64,000 nucleotides of DNA. It comes from Macrostomum lignano. Taxonomy: Eukaryota. Both the position numbers and the translations under genes were made by a program. Below the pieces are notes generated by a model that was given only the letters and a program-made list of their open reading frames with translations, did no database searches and was not told the origin of the DNA. Below are positions 11,472 through 22,352 of the stretch, piece by piece. How positions within the stretch are numbered: the first letter of the stretch is position 1; each line of letters starts with the position of its first letter. The stretch is taken from contig NIVC01003957.1 in the NCBI GenBank assembly GCA_002269645.1, positions 3,546-67,545 on the forward strand, written 5' to 3'.

Positions 11472-14400
11472 ATTCTGTCAATCCGCCTTCCCCAGGGTCC
11501 GGCTGGCAGCCCGGGGCAGCCGGGCCCCCCAGGCCCGCCGGGCAACAAAGGCCAGAAGGGCAGCCTCGGTCAGCGAGGCAAAACCGGTTCGGCGGGCAGT
11601 CCAGGATCGAAAGGCGCCACCGGATTTCCGGGTCCCAACGGAGCTGCCGGCGAACCCGGACGGCCGGGCCCGGCGCCTCCGCCGGCCCCAGTTGGGGCGC
11701 CAGGCGAGCCCGGAGAGAAAGGCTTCCAGGGGCCGGATGGGCGGGACGGGCCGCGCGGAGCGCCAGGCTTCCCTGGTAAGCGCGGCGATGTCGGACCAGC
11801 TGGCGCCCCGGGCGAGACTGGCGCCAATGGTACGAGAGGCGCGAATGGCGACAGGGGCGCAAAAGGCGAGCGCGGCGCTTCCGGCACCACTGGCGCCCCG
11901 GGATCTCCGGGGGCGGATGGCGCTCCGGGTGGAACCGGCCTTAAGGGCGCCACCGGGCGCGAAGGAGCACGCGGAGTGATAGGAGACCCGGGGCACCAAG
12001 GCGAGAAGGGAGAGAAGGGACCTGCCGGTAAAACAGGTCTCAAGGGCGAGACTGGCGAGAGCGGCGTTCGCGGGCCACAGGTAAATTTAATTCTATTCCA
12101 CGTCACTCACTCTCCGTCTCCATTCCTACCCCAGACTGCCCCACCTCACTCCCCGTCTCCATTCCTACCCCAGACTGCCCCACCTCACTCCCCGTCTGCA
12201 TTCCTACCCCAGCCTGCCTCCACCTCACTCCATGTCTCTATTTCTACCCCAGCCTGCCCCCACCTCACTCTCCGTCTCCAATCCTACCCCAGCCTGCCTT
12301 CACCTCAATCCATGTCTCTATGTCTACCCTAGCCAGCCCCCACCTCACTCCCCGTCTCCAATCCTTCCCCAGCCTGCCTCCACCTCACTCCATGTCTCTA
12401 TTTCTACCCTAGCCAGCCCCCACCTCACTCCCCGTCTCCATTCCTACCCCAGCCTGCCCTCACCTCAATCCATGTCTCTATTTCTACCCCAGCCTGCCCC
12501 CACCTCACTCTACGTCTCCATTCCTACCCCCGCCTGCCTCCACCTCACTCCTAACCCATATTAATAAACCAATTGAAAAACTTCCCGCCTACCATACCGG
12601 ACCCTTTCAGGGAACTCTAGGACCCCGCGGCTCCCCGGGGCCAGCTGGCGTCAAAGGCCAGCAGGGCCGCACAGGCGACCCCGGTAGCCGCGGTAAAGAC
12701 GGAAAAATCGGCGAGGCTGGAATGAACGGCACGGCCGGTCCGCAAGGCGCCAAAGGCCAGCTGGGCGGCCGGGGCCCACGCGGTCCCGCCGGACCGGCCG
12801 GAGACGAGGGCCCGAACGGGACGCAGGGCCGGGTCGGCGATGCAGGCGAGCGTGGGCCGGTCGGACCTGAGGGCAAGCCGGGCGACACTGGCGCGCCTGG
12901 CTGGCCGGGCCCGATCGGCAACAACGGCGTGGCCGGGCCCATGGGGCACCAAGGCGACGCTGGCGATCCCGGCGAGAAAGGATTCGAGGGCGACGCCGGC
13001 TACAGGGGAGAGCGGGGTCATCCGGGTCACCGGGGCAATCCCGGTCCCAGGGGAATCACCGGCCAGCCCGGTCCGAAGGGCGAGAAGGGCCCGCAGGTGG
13101 GTGCACTGGTGCTGATGTTGGAGTTTGAGAGTGTTGTGGGTTGATGGCTTTGCCATAGACATTTTTGTTACGCGACTGCGTTGATGAATTGAACCATGCT
13201 ATTGAGTTATGAAATAAATAATAGACGCGTCAGAGGTCAACAGACCGCTAGACTGACAATTGCTAAAGGCTAAAGCCAAAAGCACAACAGTGGCGTCGGC
13301 AAGCATAGGCTACGAAAATGCCTGGAAGTACGCCAGCATCGCCAACTAAAAGAGTTGGTAAAACGGTTTCGAGCGACAAAGCACCACCGCTTGCGATCTC
13401 GTCGAAATCAGTCCAAGCGACAAAGTCGGCAACAGCGACAGCGCAGAACCCAAGCGCACAAGTATCGAGAGGACAGCAAGTTGACATCGAAAAACTCGAT
13501 GAAAGTTCGAACTTCCAGAGGTGGTTGGACCGATTCACACTGTGCAGCGAACTCAACGGCTGGCAGGACGACACGAAAAACAAGCTGCTGCTGATGAAGC
13601 TCAGCACCAAGCTGTACGACGCATTGGCAGATCGAGCCGCTCCCAAGAAGCCGGGAGAAAAGAGCTTCGATGAACTGACCAAACTACTGGCCAGCATCCT
13701 GGAACCAAAGACGTTCGTCATGGCTGAGAGATTCAATTTCCAGCATATCACTCGCACGGCATCAATGAGCATTCGTGAGTATGCACAGCAACTCTGCATG
13801 CAGGCAGACAAGTGTCAGTTTGGCCTATCCAGAGATGAGAGACTGAGAGATCAGCTCGTATTCGGTTTGAATGACAAGGTGGCCATCAGCAAGTTATTGG
13901 AACAGGACTTCAGCACTCTCACGTTTGAGACAGCTATCAACATCGCTGAGGCGCACCAGAACATATCACAAACGCAAATACTAAAGGGTTGCACCAGTCA
14001 GCCGCAGTCTTCTGAAGTAATGAAAATTTCAGCATCGGTGGCCAGAGGCTCCCACTCTACAAGCTCCAAGTGTGGCAGATGTGGCACAATGCATGGCTCC
14101 AATGGAGGGTGTCCTGCGAAAGGAAAAACGTGCAACAAATGTGGCATGCAAAACCACTTCGCAACAGTTTGCAAAACGAAATCAACTGGTTTTGGCAAAG
14201 GCCGAAAATCGTTCAAAATCCCGTCAGCATCTGGTCAATTTAGGCGAGCTGCAGTGTGCCCAAGGACCACAAGCTTTGTAGATGCAAGCGAAGCTGAACA
14301 GGAGGATTGTTTTCACATTCGACATCCCGTTGATAGCTACACCGTGCCTGTTAGGCTCAGACACACGAGCGGGTCGATGCTTAGCGTGAACGCACAAATC

Positions 14401-17400
14401 GATACTGGGGCAGGAGTTTCGGTAATGTCAAAAACGATCTGGAAACGATTGGGTTGTCCAAAGCTGACACCTACAGACACTGTTCTGACAACATACGCTG
14501 ATACGCAGATGAAGGTCTTTGGAACACACGACACTGAGTTGGAGTACAATGATGAGTTCATTCCAATCACATTCTTCATTGTGGAATCGCAGAGGAACTT
14601 TGTTCTGGTTGGCCGAGACAAGCTCAATTTCACGCTAAACGCTGTAGACAACAGCTGCACATCGGCAACCCAGTCATGCGAATTTCCACCAGTAACTCTT
14701 AAGATCAAGGAAGGAACCACTCCAATTCATTGCAAACCCAGGCCGCTACCCTTCGCACTCAGACAGGGAGTCAAGGATGAAATCGATCGGTTGCTTGAAG
14801 AAGACACCATCAAGCCCGTCAAGTTCAGTGAATGGGCCTCACCAATTGTCGTGGTCAAGAAACCTTCTGGAAAGCTCAGACTTTGCGTCGACTACAAGGT
14901 GACAATCAATTCTCATCTTATCAACGATTCATATCCGATGCCTGCACCTGACGAAGTGATTGCAACTGCTGCTGGCAGCCGGATATACACTCGTCTGGAC
15001 CTAGAGAAAGCTTATCACCAGATCCCACTAGATGAAGCTTCCAAAGAGCTGACAGTAATGTCAACACCATTTGGGATGTTCGCTTTCAACAAGCTTCCGT
15101 TCGGAGTGAAAACAGCACCTGCGATCTTCCAGCGGTACATTAGCCAAGTCCTACAAGGAATTCCTGGCGTCATTGCCTACGTAGACGACATATTGATATG
15201 CGGCAAAGGCGTAGAACAATTGGCAGTTCGTGAGACGGAAGTATTGCATCGACTAAACCAGCAAGGATTGAAGATCAACACGGCGAAAAGTGAATTCCGC
15301 AAGACTTCGATCAAGTTTCTAGGCTACTTATTGGAAGGAGATCAGCTCAAGCCGGACCCAGCCAAAGTGAAGGCAATCCAGGACATGACACCACCGCAGA
15401 ACGTTGGCGAGCTTGAATCTTTCCTGGGTCTCGTAAATTTTAGCGGCAAGTTCATCAGAAACCTAGCTGCACTGACCAAGCCTCTCAATCGACTAAGAAA
15501 GAAAAATGAGGACTTCGTGTGGACAAAGGAGTGTCAAATAGCATTTGACGAAATCAAGGTCACTCTCTCTGATCAATCGAGTCTTCAAATATTTGATCCG
15601 GAGAAGCCCATTGAACTGGAATGCGACAGTTCTCAGCGAGCTCTGGGCGGAGTGTTGACACAAAGCGGTCAAGTCGTGCTGTACATGAGCAAGACTCTGT
15701 CTGACGCCGAAACAAAATATTCGCAAATAGAGCGTGAAGGCCTGGCACTGGTTTGGTGCATTCAAAGATGCCATCGGTTCTTGTATGGCCGGAGGTTCAC
15801 ACTGATAACTGATCACCGGCCCCTCACATACATATTCGCGCCAGACAAACAGCTGCCCACCAGAGTTTCAGCTCGACTACAACGATGGGCAATCATGCTA
15901 GCTGCTTATGACTATGTCATACAGTATCGACCATCAAAGCTAATGCTGTCGGATGCGCTATCTCGACTGGTGCCCGCTAAGCCGAATGCACAGACAGCAT
16001 CGATCGGACTCCTCGAAGCTGACAACCCGGGAGTAATTCAGCTGGATCGCATTGCACACGCAACCAGAGAGGACCCGGAGTTCAGATGCCTGGGCGCAGC
16101 CATAATTAACAATAATCTATTTGACGACCCACACCTACTCAGCTACTCGAAGGTTCAAGATGAGCTAACTGTCAATGATGGAATTATTTACAGAATGAAC
16201 AGAATTGTATTGCCTCGTGTCCTGAGAGAAACTGCCCTGGCAGCTGTACACTCAACGCACCTTGGGGTGGAAAAGTCAAAGTCAATTTTGAGGGAACAGT
16301 TCTGGTGGCCACAGATGGACCGTGACATCGCTGACTACATTGGACGATGCAACGTGTGCAACGCGTACAAGTCCAGAAATAAGAACTTTCGGCACTCGTG
16401 GCCAGAACCTGACAACCCCTGGGAGCGAGTGCACATTGATTTTGCCGGTCCGATAGAGGGCAAGTACCTACTCATCATTGTGGATGCGCACTCGAGCTAC
16501 CCGGAAGTCTTCATCACGAGCGACATGAAGGCCGACACAGTCATTTCCAGACTTAAAGATTGTTCTCACAACAGGGGGTGCCCAAGTGTCTCGTGTCAGA
16601 CAACGGCCCTAGTTTTGTGAGCGAAGCGGTGACCGGCTGGCTCACCCAGATTGGCTGTTCGCACATCACAACGCCCGCCTACCATCCACAGAGCAACGGC
16701 ATTGCAGAGCGAATGGTGCGAACCGTCAAAGAGACAATCAAGACCAATGGTTTATCCCAAAGAAGTATTGACAGATTTCTACTGTTCTACAGAGCTGCCA
16801 AAGGGAAGCAGCAAGCATCACCATCCGCGTTGTTGAACGGCAGACAAATAAGACTCCCCATCTCGGAGAGCAGCACTCAGTCCAAGTGGATCCCAGGAGA
16901 ATCACTCATCTACCGTGCATCGAGTTCTCATGAGCCACGAACTGTGAGATTCGCCAAAATGCTTGGCAGCAACACAGCAGTCGTCACCACAGAGACTGGA
17001 CGAAATCTAAAGACCCACCTCGATCAACTACGAATCGGTGAGGTACCTGAGGCTCACGGAACTACGGAAATGGGGGATTCCAAGCCCGGTGGCAGCAGTC
17101 CAAGTGACGACGGCCAACAGACGCGTCCGTCATCGACAGACACTGAGATACTACCGGGAACAGAACAAGCTGAGAGAGCACAACAGCAACAGACTGAGGT
17201 TGGAGTTCAATCCAAGCCGTCACCCAGGCGAAGCGAACGCTTGGCCAAGAAAACTAGAATTTTTTATCGCACCTGAGTGATAATTGTACACCTACCTATA
17301 GAAGAGGGAGGGTGTTGTGGGTTGATGGCTTTGCCATAGACATTTTTGTTACGCGACTGCGTTGATGAATTGAACCATGCTATTGAGTTATGAAATAAAT

Positions 17401-19464
17401 AATAGACGCGTCAGAGGTCAACAGACCGCTAGACTGACAATTGCTAAAGGCTAAAGCCAAAAGCACAACAGAGAGTCTCAGTGCGCAGTCACTTACAGTC
17501 GCTGTACACCCTGTGACACCCCGGCAAAAAAGAGTAATTAAATGAGAGGCGGTATAGCGCGGGGGGTTGGCGCCACGGGACTGATAGCAAAGGTCAACAA
17601 GATGGGTGGATGACTTAAAAGCAGATCGATAATTTTTTAGATAAACATGTACATTGCTGGGGATAGGAGGAAGGGACAGAAATGGGAGAGAGAGAGCGCA
17701 CGCGCGATTTTCGTGTCCTAGCCTCTGCACACCGTCCTATACACACACCCCATGATTCATGGCCGCTGAACATGTATGTACACTCCGCCGCTGTACATGT
17801 ATGCACACTCCGCCGCTGAACACTTAGCCAACCCGTCCCAATAACTGCAGGGCTACCGCGGTCCCAAAGGTCCCGAAGGTCACCGCGGTCCGCCCGGACC
17901 GATGGCCAGCGCAGGAGGCAGTGGCGGCGGCGGCGGCTTCCTGCAGGCGGACGGGGCGCCCGCCGTCCGTGACCTGGCGTTCGGCCGGCCGGCCGCTGGC
18001 GCCAGCGACGGCAGCCGGACGCGGCCGGGCCGCACCTGCGCCCAGCTGTTCCGGGACCGGCCAGGCCTGACCAGCGGCCGCTACTGGCTGGACCCGAACG
18101 GCGGCCGGGCTGACGACGCCCTGCCGTTCCAGTGCCGACGGGACACCGGCGAGACCTGCGTGCCGGCCAAGAGACCCGGATTCCGGCTCGCCAGCTGGTT
18201 CAGCAGGCCGCTGACTGGCCCAGCCTGGTTTGTTGAGGAGGCGCTCAACCAGGGGGATGTGAGTGACCTTAATGTTAACCTCAGCGTTGACATTAGCGCT
18301 GACCTTAAAATTGACCTAAAATTGACCTTTGGCTTTGACCTTAACACTGATATTAGCGTTGACCTTAGGATTAAGTTTAGCATTGGTATTAGGTCTTCAC
18401 ATTGACCTTAGCTTTCACCTTAGCTTTTGATATCTTAGTTTTTCTTGCACCGTAGTCTTTTGCTATAACGTTAAGCTTAACATTCGTATTACAAACTCAT
18501 CCCGATATTAATGGCCTTCACCTAAGAAAAAATTTCAGAAATCTAAGCCTTGAATAATTGGCCTGACGTACATTTGCTTCTTTTGCCTCTATTTTGAAGC
18601 AATGCCATACGAGCCGTACCTCTATTTACCTCTATACGTGTATAACAGCCCTAATTCTTCATCCTCATCCCCAGCTGCTGTACGAAGTCGAGGGCAGCCA
18701 GCTCAACCATCTGAAGCGGCTCAGCGGCCGCGCCCGCCAACTAATTAACATCGGCTGCACCAACTTCAGCGTGGTATTCAGCGAGGCCAGCGGCGACTAC
18801 AGCCGGGCAGTGCGACTGTTGGCCGACAACGACGAGGTCCTGATGTACCGGGACAGGAAGCACCGCTACCGAGTCATCAGCGACGGCTGCAAGGTGAGCC
18901 TTTAACCTCTGGACACCCACCTCACGCCCTATCCCAACCCCCCCATTCTTTCTTGCCAGGACCCCTAGACACTCACCTCCATTCTTTCTTTCCACTCCTA
19001 GCCCTAGCCCACCTCACGCCCTATCCCAACCCCCATTCTTTCTTGCCACTCCTACCCCTAGACACCCACCTCACGCCCTATCCAACCAACCCCAATTCCT
19101 GCTTGCCACTCCTACCCCTAGATACCCACCTCACGCCCTGGCCCAACCCCCATTCTTTCTTGCCACTCCTCACCCACCTCACGCCCTATCCAGCCAACCC
19201 CAATTCCTGCTTGCCACTCCTACCCCCTAGACACCCATCTCACGCCCTATCATAACCCCCATTCTTTCTTGTCACGATTTTTGTAACTGTGACCACAATA
19301 ATATTTCGCCAATACAGTCGAGCACCCCGAGAAAGTCATCGCTAACCCAGCTGGAGGTAGCGGGTCGACCGCACTTGCTGCCGCTGCGGGACATACAACT
19401 GCGAGAGGTCGGTCAGCCGGGCCAAGCCTTCGGCCTTGAGATTGGCCAGGCGTGCTTTGTTTGA
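2320..19464 (+). CDS. Fibrillar collagen alpha chain, 1429 aa: signal peptide, VWC, Thr-rich linker, ~1009-aa triple-helical region, COLFI C-propeptide. Exons 2320-2383, 3135-3320, 4428-4471, 4579-4755, 5381-6182, 7931-8253, 8716-8868, 9364-9777, 10700-10807, 10903-11076, 11496-12080, 12611-13096, 17851-18258, 18675-18893, 19318-19464
   Basis: All 14 introns are GT-AG with compatible phases; exons sum to 4290 nt with no internal stop. [20 protein letters not shown] signal; VWC CSYNG...CQDCFC...C...C...C...ECCPVC; Gly-X-Y exons; COLFI motifs [12 protein letters not shown]...ETCV, DGCK, LPLRD...[11 protein letters not shown]. Confidence 0.93.
2521..3026. repeat. 75-bp pyrimidine-rich tandem repeat (~7 copies), collagen intron 1
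   Basis: CTCC anchor recurs at 2527, 2602, 2677 and 2752. Confidence 0.9.
3445..4376. repeat. 20-bp minisatellite TGGGTGAGATTCRGCATCAA (~46 copies), collagen intron 2
   Basis: Direct reading; variant units recur with 200-bp higher-order spacing (3601/3801). Confidence 0.95.
4847..5372. repeat. 21-bp minisatellite ATGTACATTCATCCTCAACCA, collagen intron 4
   Basis: Direct reading; source of the spurious QPMYIHP ORFs. Confidence 0.95.
6350..7837. repeat. 11-bp G-rich minisatellite GAATGGGGATA with a ~502-bp internal duplication, collagen intron 5
   Basis: Variant block AATGTGGGATAG occurs at ~6549 and ~7051. Confidence 0.95.
8284..8690. repeat. 23-bp minisatellite GTCAGACATGTCAGGTGTTATTA, collagen intron 6
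   Basis: Direct reading. Confidence 0.9.
8975..9320. repeat. 10-11-bp minisatellite AATCCCACTC(G), collagen intron 7
   Basis: Direct reading. Confidence 0.9.
9945..10680. repeat. 29/33-bp AT-rich minisatellite ATCAATTGATCAATCATTCAATCAAATTT, collagen intron 8
   Basis: Direct reading; unit contains the palindrome ATCAATTGAT. Confidence 0.9.
11080..11468. repeat. (GTCT)n microsatellite starting at the donor of collagen intron 10
   Basis: GTGA GTCTGTCT... from 11077. Confidence 0.95.
12103..12550. repeat. ~39-bp C-rich minisatellite, collagen intron 11
   Basis: CCCCACCTCACTCCCCGTCTCCATTCCTACCCCAGCCTG variants. Confidence 0.85.
13132..17470 (+). mobile_element. Full-length Ty3/gypsy (Mag-like) LTR retrotransposon, 4339 bp, in collagen intron 12
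   Basis: Identical 158-bp LTRs (13132-13289, 17313-17470) with TGTTGTG...CACAACA ends; 5-bp TSD GAGAG (13127-13131, 17471-17475); PBS-like TGGCGTCGGCAAGC at 13291; polypurine tract AGAAGAGGGAGGG at 17300-17312. Confidence 0.98.
13318..17276 (+). CDS. Gag-Pol polyprotein in one frame (gag with two Cys/His knuckles, protease, RT, RNase H, integrase), with a 1-nt deletion in the integrase core near 16561
   Basis: ORF 13318-16620: CGRCGTMH..C and [47 protein letters not shown]...CNVC, HIDFAG. Continues in ORF 16560-17276 ([27 protein letters not shown]); AAA GAT TG TTC lacks one base of a Leu codon. Confidence 0.95.
18908..19270. repeat. ~60-bp degenerate C-rich tandem repeat, collagen intron 14
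   Basis: CACCTCACGCCCTATCCCAACCCCCATTCTTTCTTGCCACTCCTACCCCTAGAC variants. Confidence 0.8.
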
Positions 19465-19710
19465 ATGCTGGCGATCGAGCGACCCCAGTCTGACTTTTCA
19501 TATAGTCGTTATAACTAAATTACTTATTATTATATCATTACTTTAATTAGTAAATCCTTTAATCTGTACCGACATCGTGGAATCTTAACAGTTACATCAG
19601 TTCCTGTGACATCTAATTATATTTTTTTAGTATTATAAAACGTTTTCAAGGTGAACTTTGGTTTGTTGAAATCATGGAATTTACTTTTAGTTAAGACGAG
19701 ACTCAAACTT

Positions 19711-19716
19711 AATAAA
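19711..19716 (+). promoter_or_regulatory. Candidate polyadenylation signal of the collagen gene
   Basis: First AATAAA seen after the stop codon, ~250 nt downstream. Confidence 0.4.
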
Positions 19717-20175
19717 AACGCGGTGTAGCTAATAACAATGTTGCGTTTTTCTCTTCACTTAGCTATTGCTTACATTGCGCTGCGGTCTCATGCAAAATTC
19801 AATTTGTTGTGTTCGAGTCACAGGTTATCAGTAGAAGCAAGCACAGACTCCAAAGCCTAATGAACAGCAAGCAATGAAACTCAATCGTAGCAGACCGTTG
19901 CTTAGCGCCTTAGCGGGTGGTATAAAGTCTAGCACTCTCTGGCGAGTGATACAGACAGGGGACGCCTCTCACCTCACGGGTCACGGCCTCTCAGTCAAAG
20001 CGTCAAAGTCTTCTTCGAACTACGGTCGGTGTTAGTGTTAGGCCATAGACATCCTAAAAGCGCAGACATCATCCCCAAGCCATGGATGAATAGATCCTAG
20101 CCTGATCGGATTGATAACTCAATACATACTCGTACAACATACTCGTACAAGTATAACTTATTAAAAGTGAAATAT

Positions 20176-20924
20176 TATAGCTCTTTGCAGCCCATTTGGG
20201 CTTACGCGCATCGAATCTAATCCAAGATATGTTTGTCAAAGTAATGCAGCTTTTGTCTATGGTAGCAAGGCTGGCACAGCGGCATTTAATTTGGTCCAAC
20301 AAGCATCAATTTGGTCCATTTAGTTCATTTGCAGCTCGGTCCCAGAATTGTGGACCATATGCTAGGCTGTTGAACGGATGTCATTGGCTTGTGATCGAAG
20401 CACTCGACGGAGGTGAACACCCAAAGGACATTGCAAGGTTGCTGAATGTAAAAGAAAAGGTGGTTTACAGCATCCAACAGCGCGTTGAAACTCTGCCGGC
20501 AGAGATTGCTGCGAAAGGGTGGCAATCGCCAAGGAAAGTTGCTCGAGAGCCTCAGGTCCAACTGCTACTCGATGCAGTGGAGACGAACCCTTTGTTGACG
20601 CTTCAGAAAATGCAGCAGAAGTTGAGGGAACAGTTCCAGTTGGTTATCAGATTTTGACTATCAGCAGAGCTCTGGGAAAGCAACTGAAAATTGCTGGTAG
20701 AGACGCTGACATTCCAGCGGTGCGCAACAACCTGCAGACGGTTGAGAGAAGGCAAGAGTTTGTCCAATGGCTCACGAGTGTTTGGACCAAATGGATGCTT
20801 GTTGGACCAAATTAATGCCGCTGCGCCAGCCTTGCTACCATAGACAAAAGCTCTGTTACATTGGCAAACGTATCTTGGATTAAATTAAATGCGCGTAAGC
20901 CCAAATGGGCTGCAAAATGCTATA
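20176..20924 (+). mobile_element. Internally deleted Tc1/IS630-like DNA transposon with ~145-bp imperfect terminal inverted repeats
   Basis: 20176-20318 is the reverse complement of 20783-20924. Interior encodes an HTH-like transposase N-terminus (IARLLNVKEKVVYSI..., TISRAL, RNNLQTVERRQEFVQW) that stops before any DDE domain; TA at both ends. Confidence 0.65.
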
Positions 20925-21022
20925 TTGAAAACGCGACACGGACGAAACACGATCGCTTTGTTAACTTGTAAAATAATCCACTTTTTTGTTTATATTTCTT
21001 CATCTTACACCATTGTGATAAG

Positions 21023-21094
21023 TCCCTGATGGTCTAGCGGTTAGGATTCCTGGCTCTCACCCAGGCGGCCCGGGTTCGACTCCCGGTCAGGGAA
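21023..21094 (+). tRNA. tRNA-Glu (anticodon CTC)
   Basis: 72-nt TCCCTGATGGTCTAGCGGTTAGGATTCCTGG-CTCTCAC-CCAGGCGGCCCGGGTTCGACTCCCGGTCAGGGAA; acceptor, anticodon and T arms pair; A and B boxes intact. Confidence 0.97.
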
Positions 21095-21099
21095 TATAA

Positions 21100-21104
21100 T
21101 TTTT
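21100..21104 (+). terminator. RNA polymerase III T5 terminator of tRNA-Glu
   Basis: TTTTT 6 nt after the tRNA 3' end. Confidence 0.8.
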
Positions 21105-22352
21105 GCAATTAGCGTCAGGATTTTACCAACCTCTTTTTTTTCTACGACTACAATCAAACTTCTAAAGCAATATACGAATATAGGATTGTATTTTCGAAAA
21201 CAATTTTTGACTGCTAGAAAAGAACAAAAATAGTTTCAACTTAAACAACTATCCGACCGTACTGTGCTTGAAATTTTTATTATCTTGAAAATTTCCAGAC
21301 TGTAATAACCAACCAAACGTTAGAATTTTATAATTAATCGACTTCTGAATTGTTTTTGAGTTTTTCAAATTAAATAACTATATAAAAACAGCCCTCACGA
21401 TCATATGACAATAATTTCCATTGAGCTTTTTATGTATTCAATAGCGCTTGCGACTGCAGAGGCGCAGAGAATTTATCAATTCCGATATGTATCGAAGAAT
21501 AGATTTCAGATAGGCTTTTTGGCCTACTTAAACCAGCAGTTAAACAATAGATAGTTGGCAGTGTATAGTGCTTTGGTACAGCAGTACTAACCTACTGGTA
21601 GTAGGTATAAATCTTGAGGGCAGCAGTACTCTTTTTACAACTTGTTAGAAGTTGCTAATAACAGAAGAAATTCAATAACGCTATTGAATCTCACGTATGT
21701 AGCTTTTTGCTTGGCTTGACGTGAAGCCCAAAGCTTCGTTTAATAAATGTATTTATCGAACTAAAAATAAGGCACTTTTTACTGCAAATTTGTGGGGCAC
21801 CAAGCAAAATATTATTAAAAAGAAACCAGGGTTTTGACGGATTAGGACATTTACGAAATAAGTTAGCGAGTACGAGTAGTGTGTATAGCTTCTTTGTACT
21901 ATTTTTTACTGTTTAATTAAAAATAAAAAAACAATAACTCCAGTCAGTCATGTCAGTCTTTCTAACTTAAATCTCTATTACATTGACTTCAATGGCTCAA
22001 TAAAATTAATTTGTGTCAGCAGTGGTTCAATCATGTAGCACTACATTTGGAAAAGATCACCGACTTAAAGATGCACGTGCAAAACAAAGGTACAGAAAAA
22101 TGACTAAAGCTGTAAATTTTCCCTTTGGACCGACGGGACTGGGCTCTATGTTTGGCCAACTATTCATTTGGCCACGGATCGCATTTCATAAGTAGTATGG
22201 GTAGCATATTATTGACAAATGATACCCAAAAGATGCAACATCAAATAGAATAAAAAGGAACTCGGTATAGACTAAAAGAGAGAGAGAGTAAAATTATAGA
22301 ATTAAGCAATTCGTTAAGTTTTAGCTTTGCTCGTTAATTGAAACGCGCCAAT

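Noticed and set aside
5402-13162. Pro/Ala/Arg-rich antisense and off-frame ORFs over collagen exons
   Set aside because: Shadows of GC-rich Gly-X-Y coding sequence.
19770-19830. Possible spliced-leader RNA-like stretch
   Set aside because: Only a vague resemblance from memory; no donor plus Sm site could be confirmed. It needs an actual alignment.
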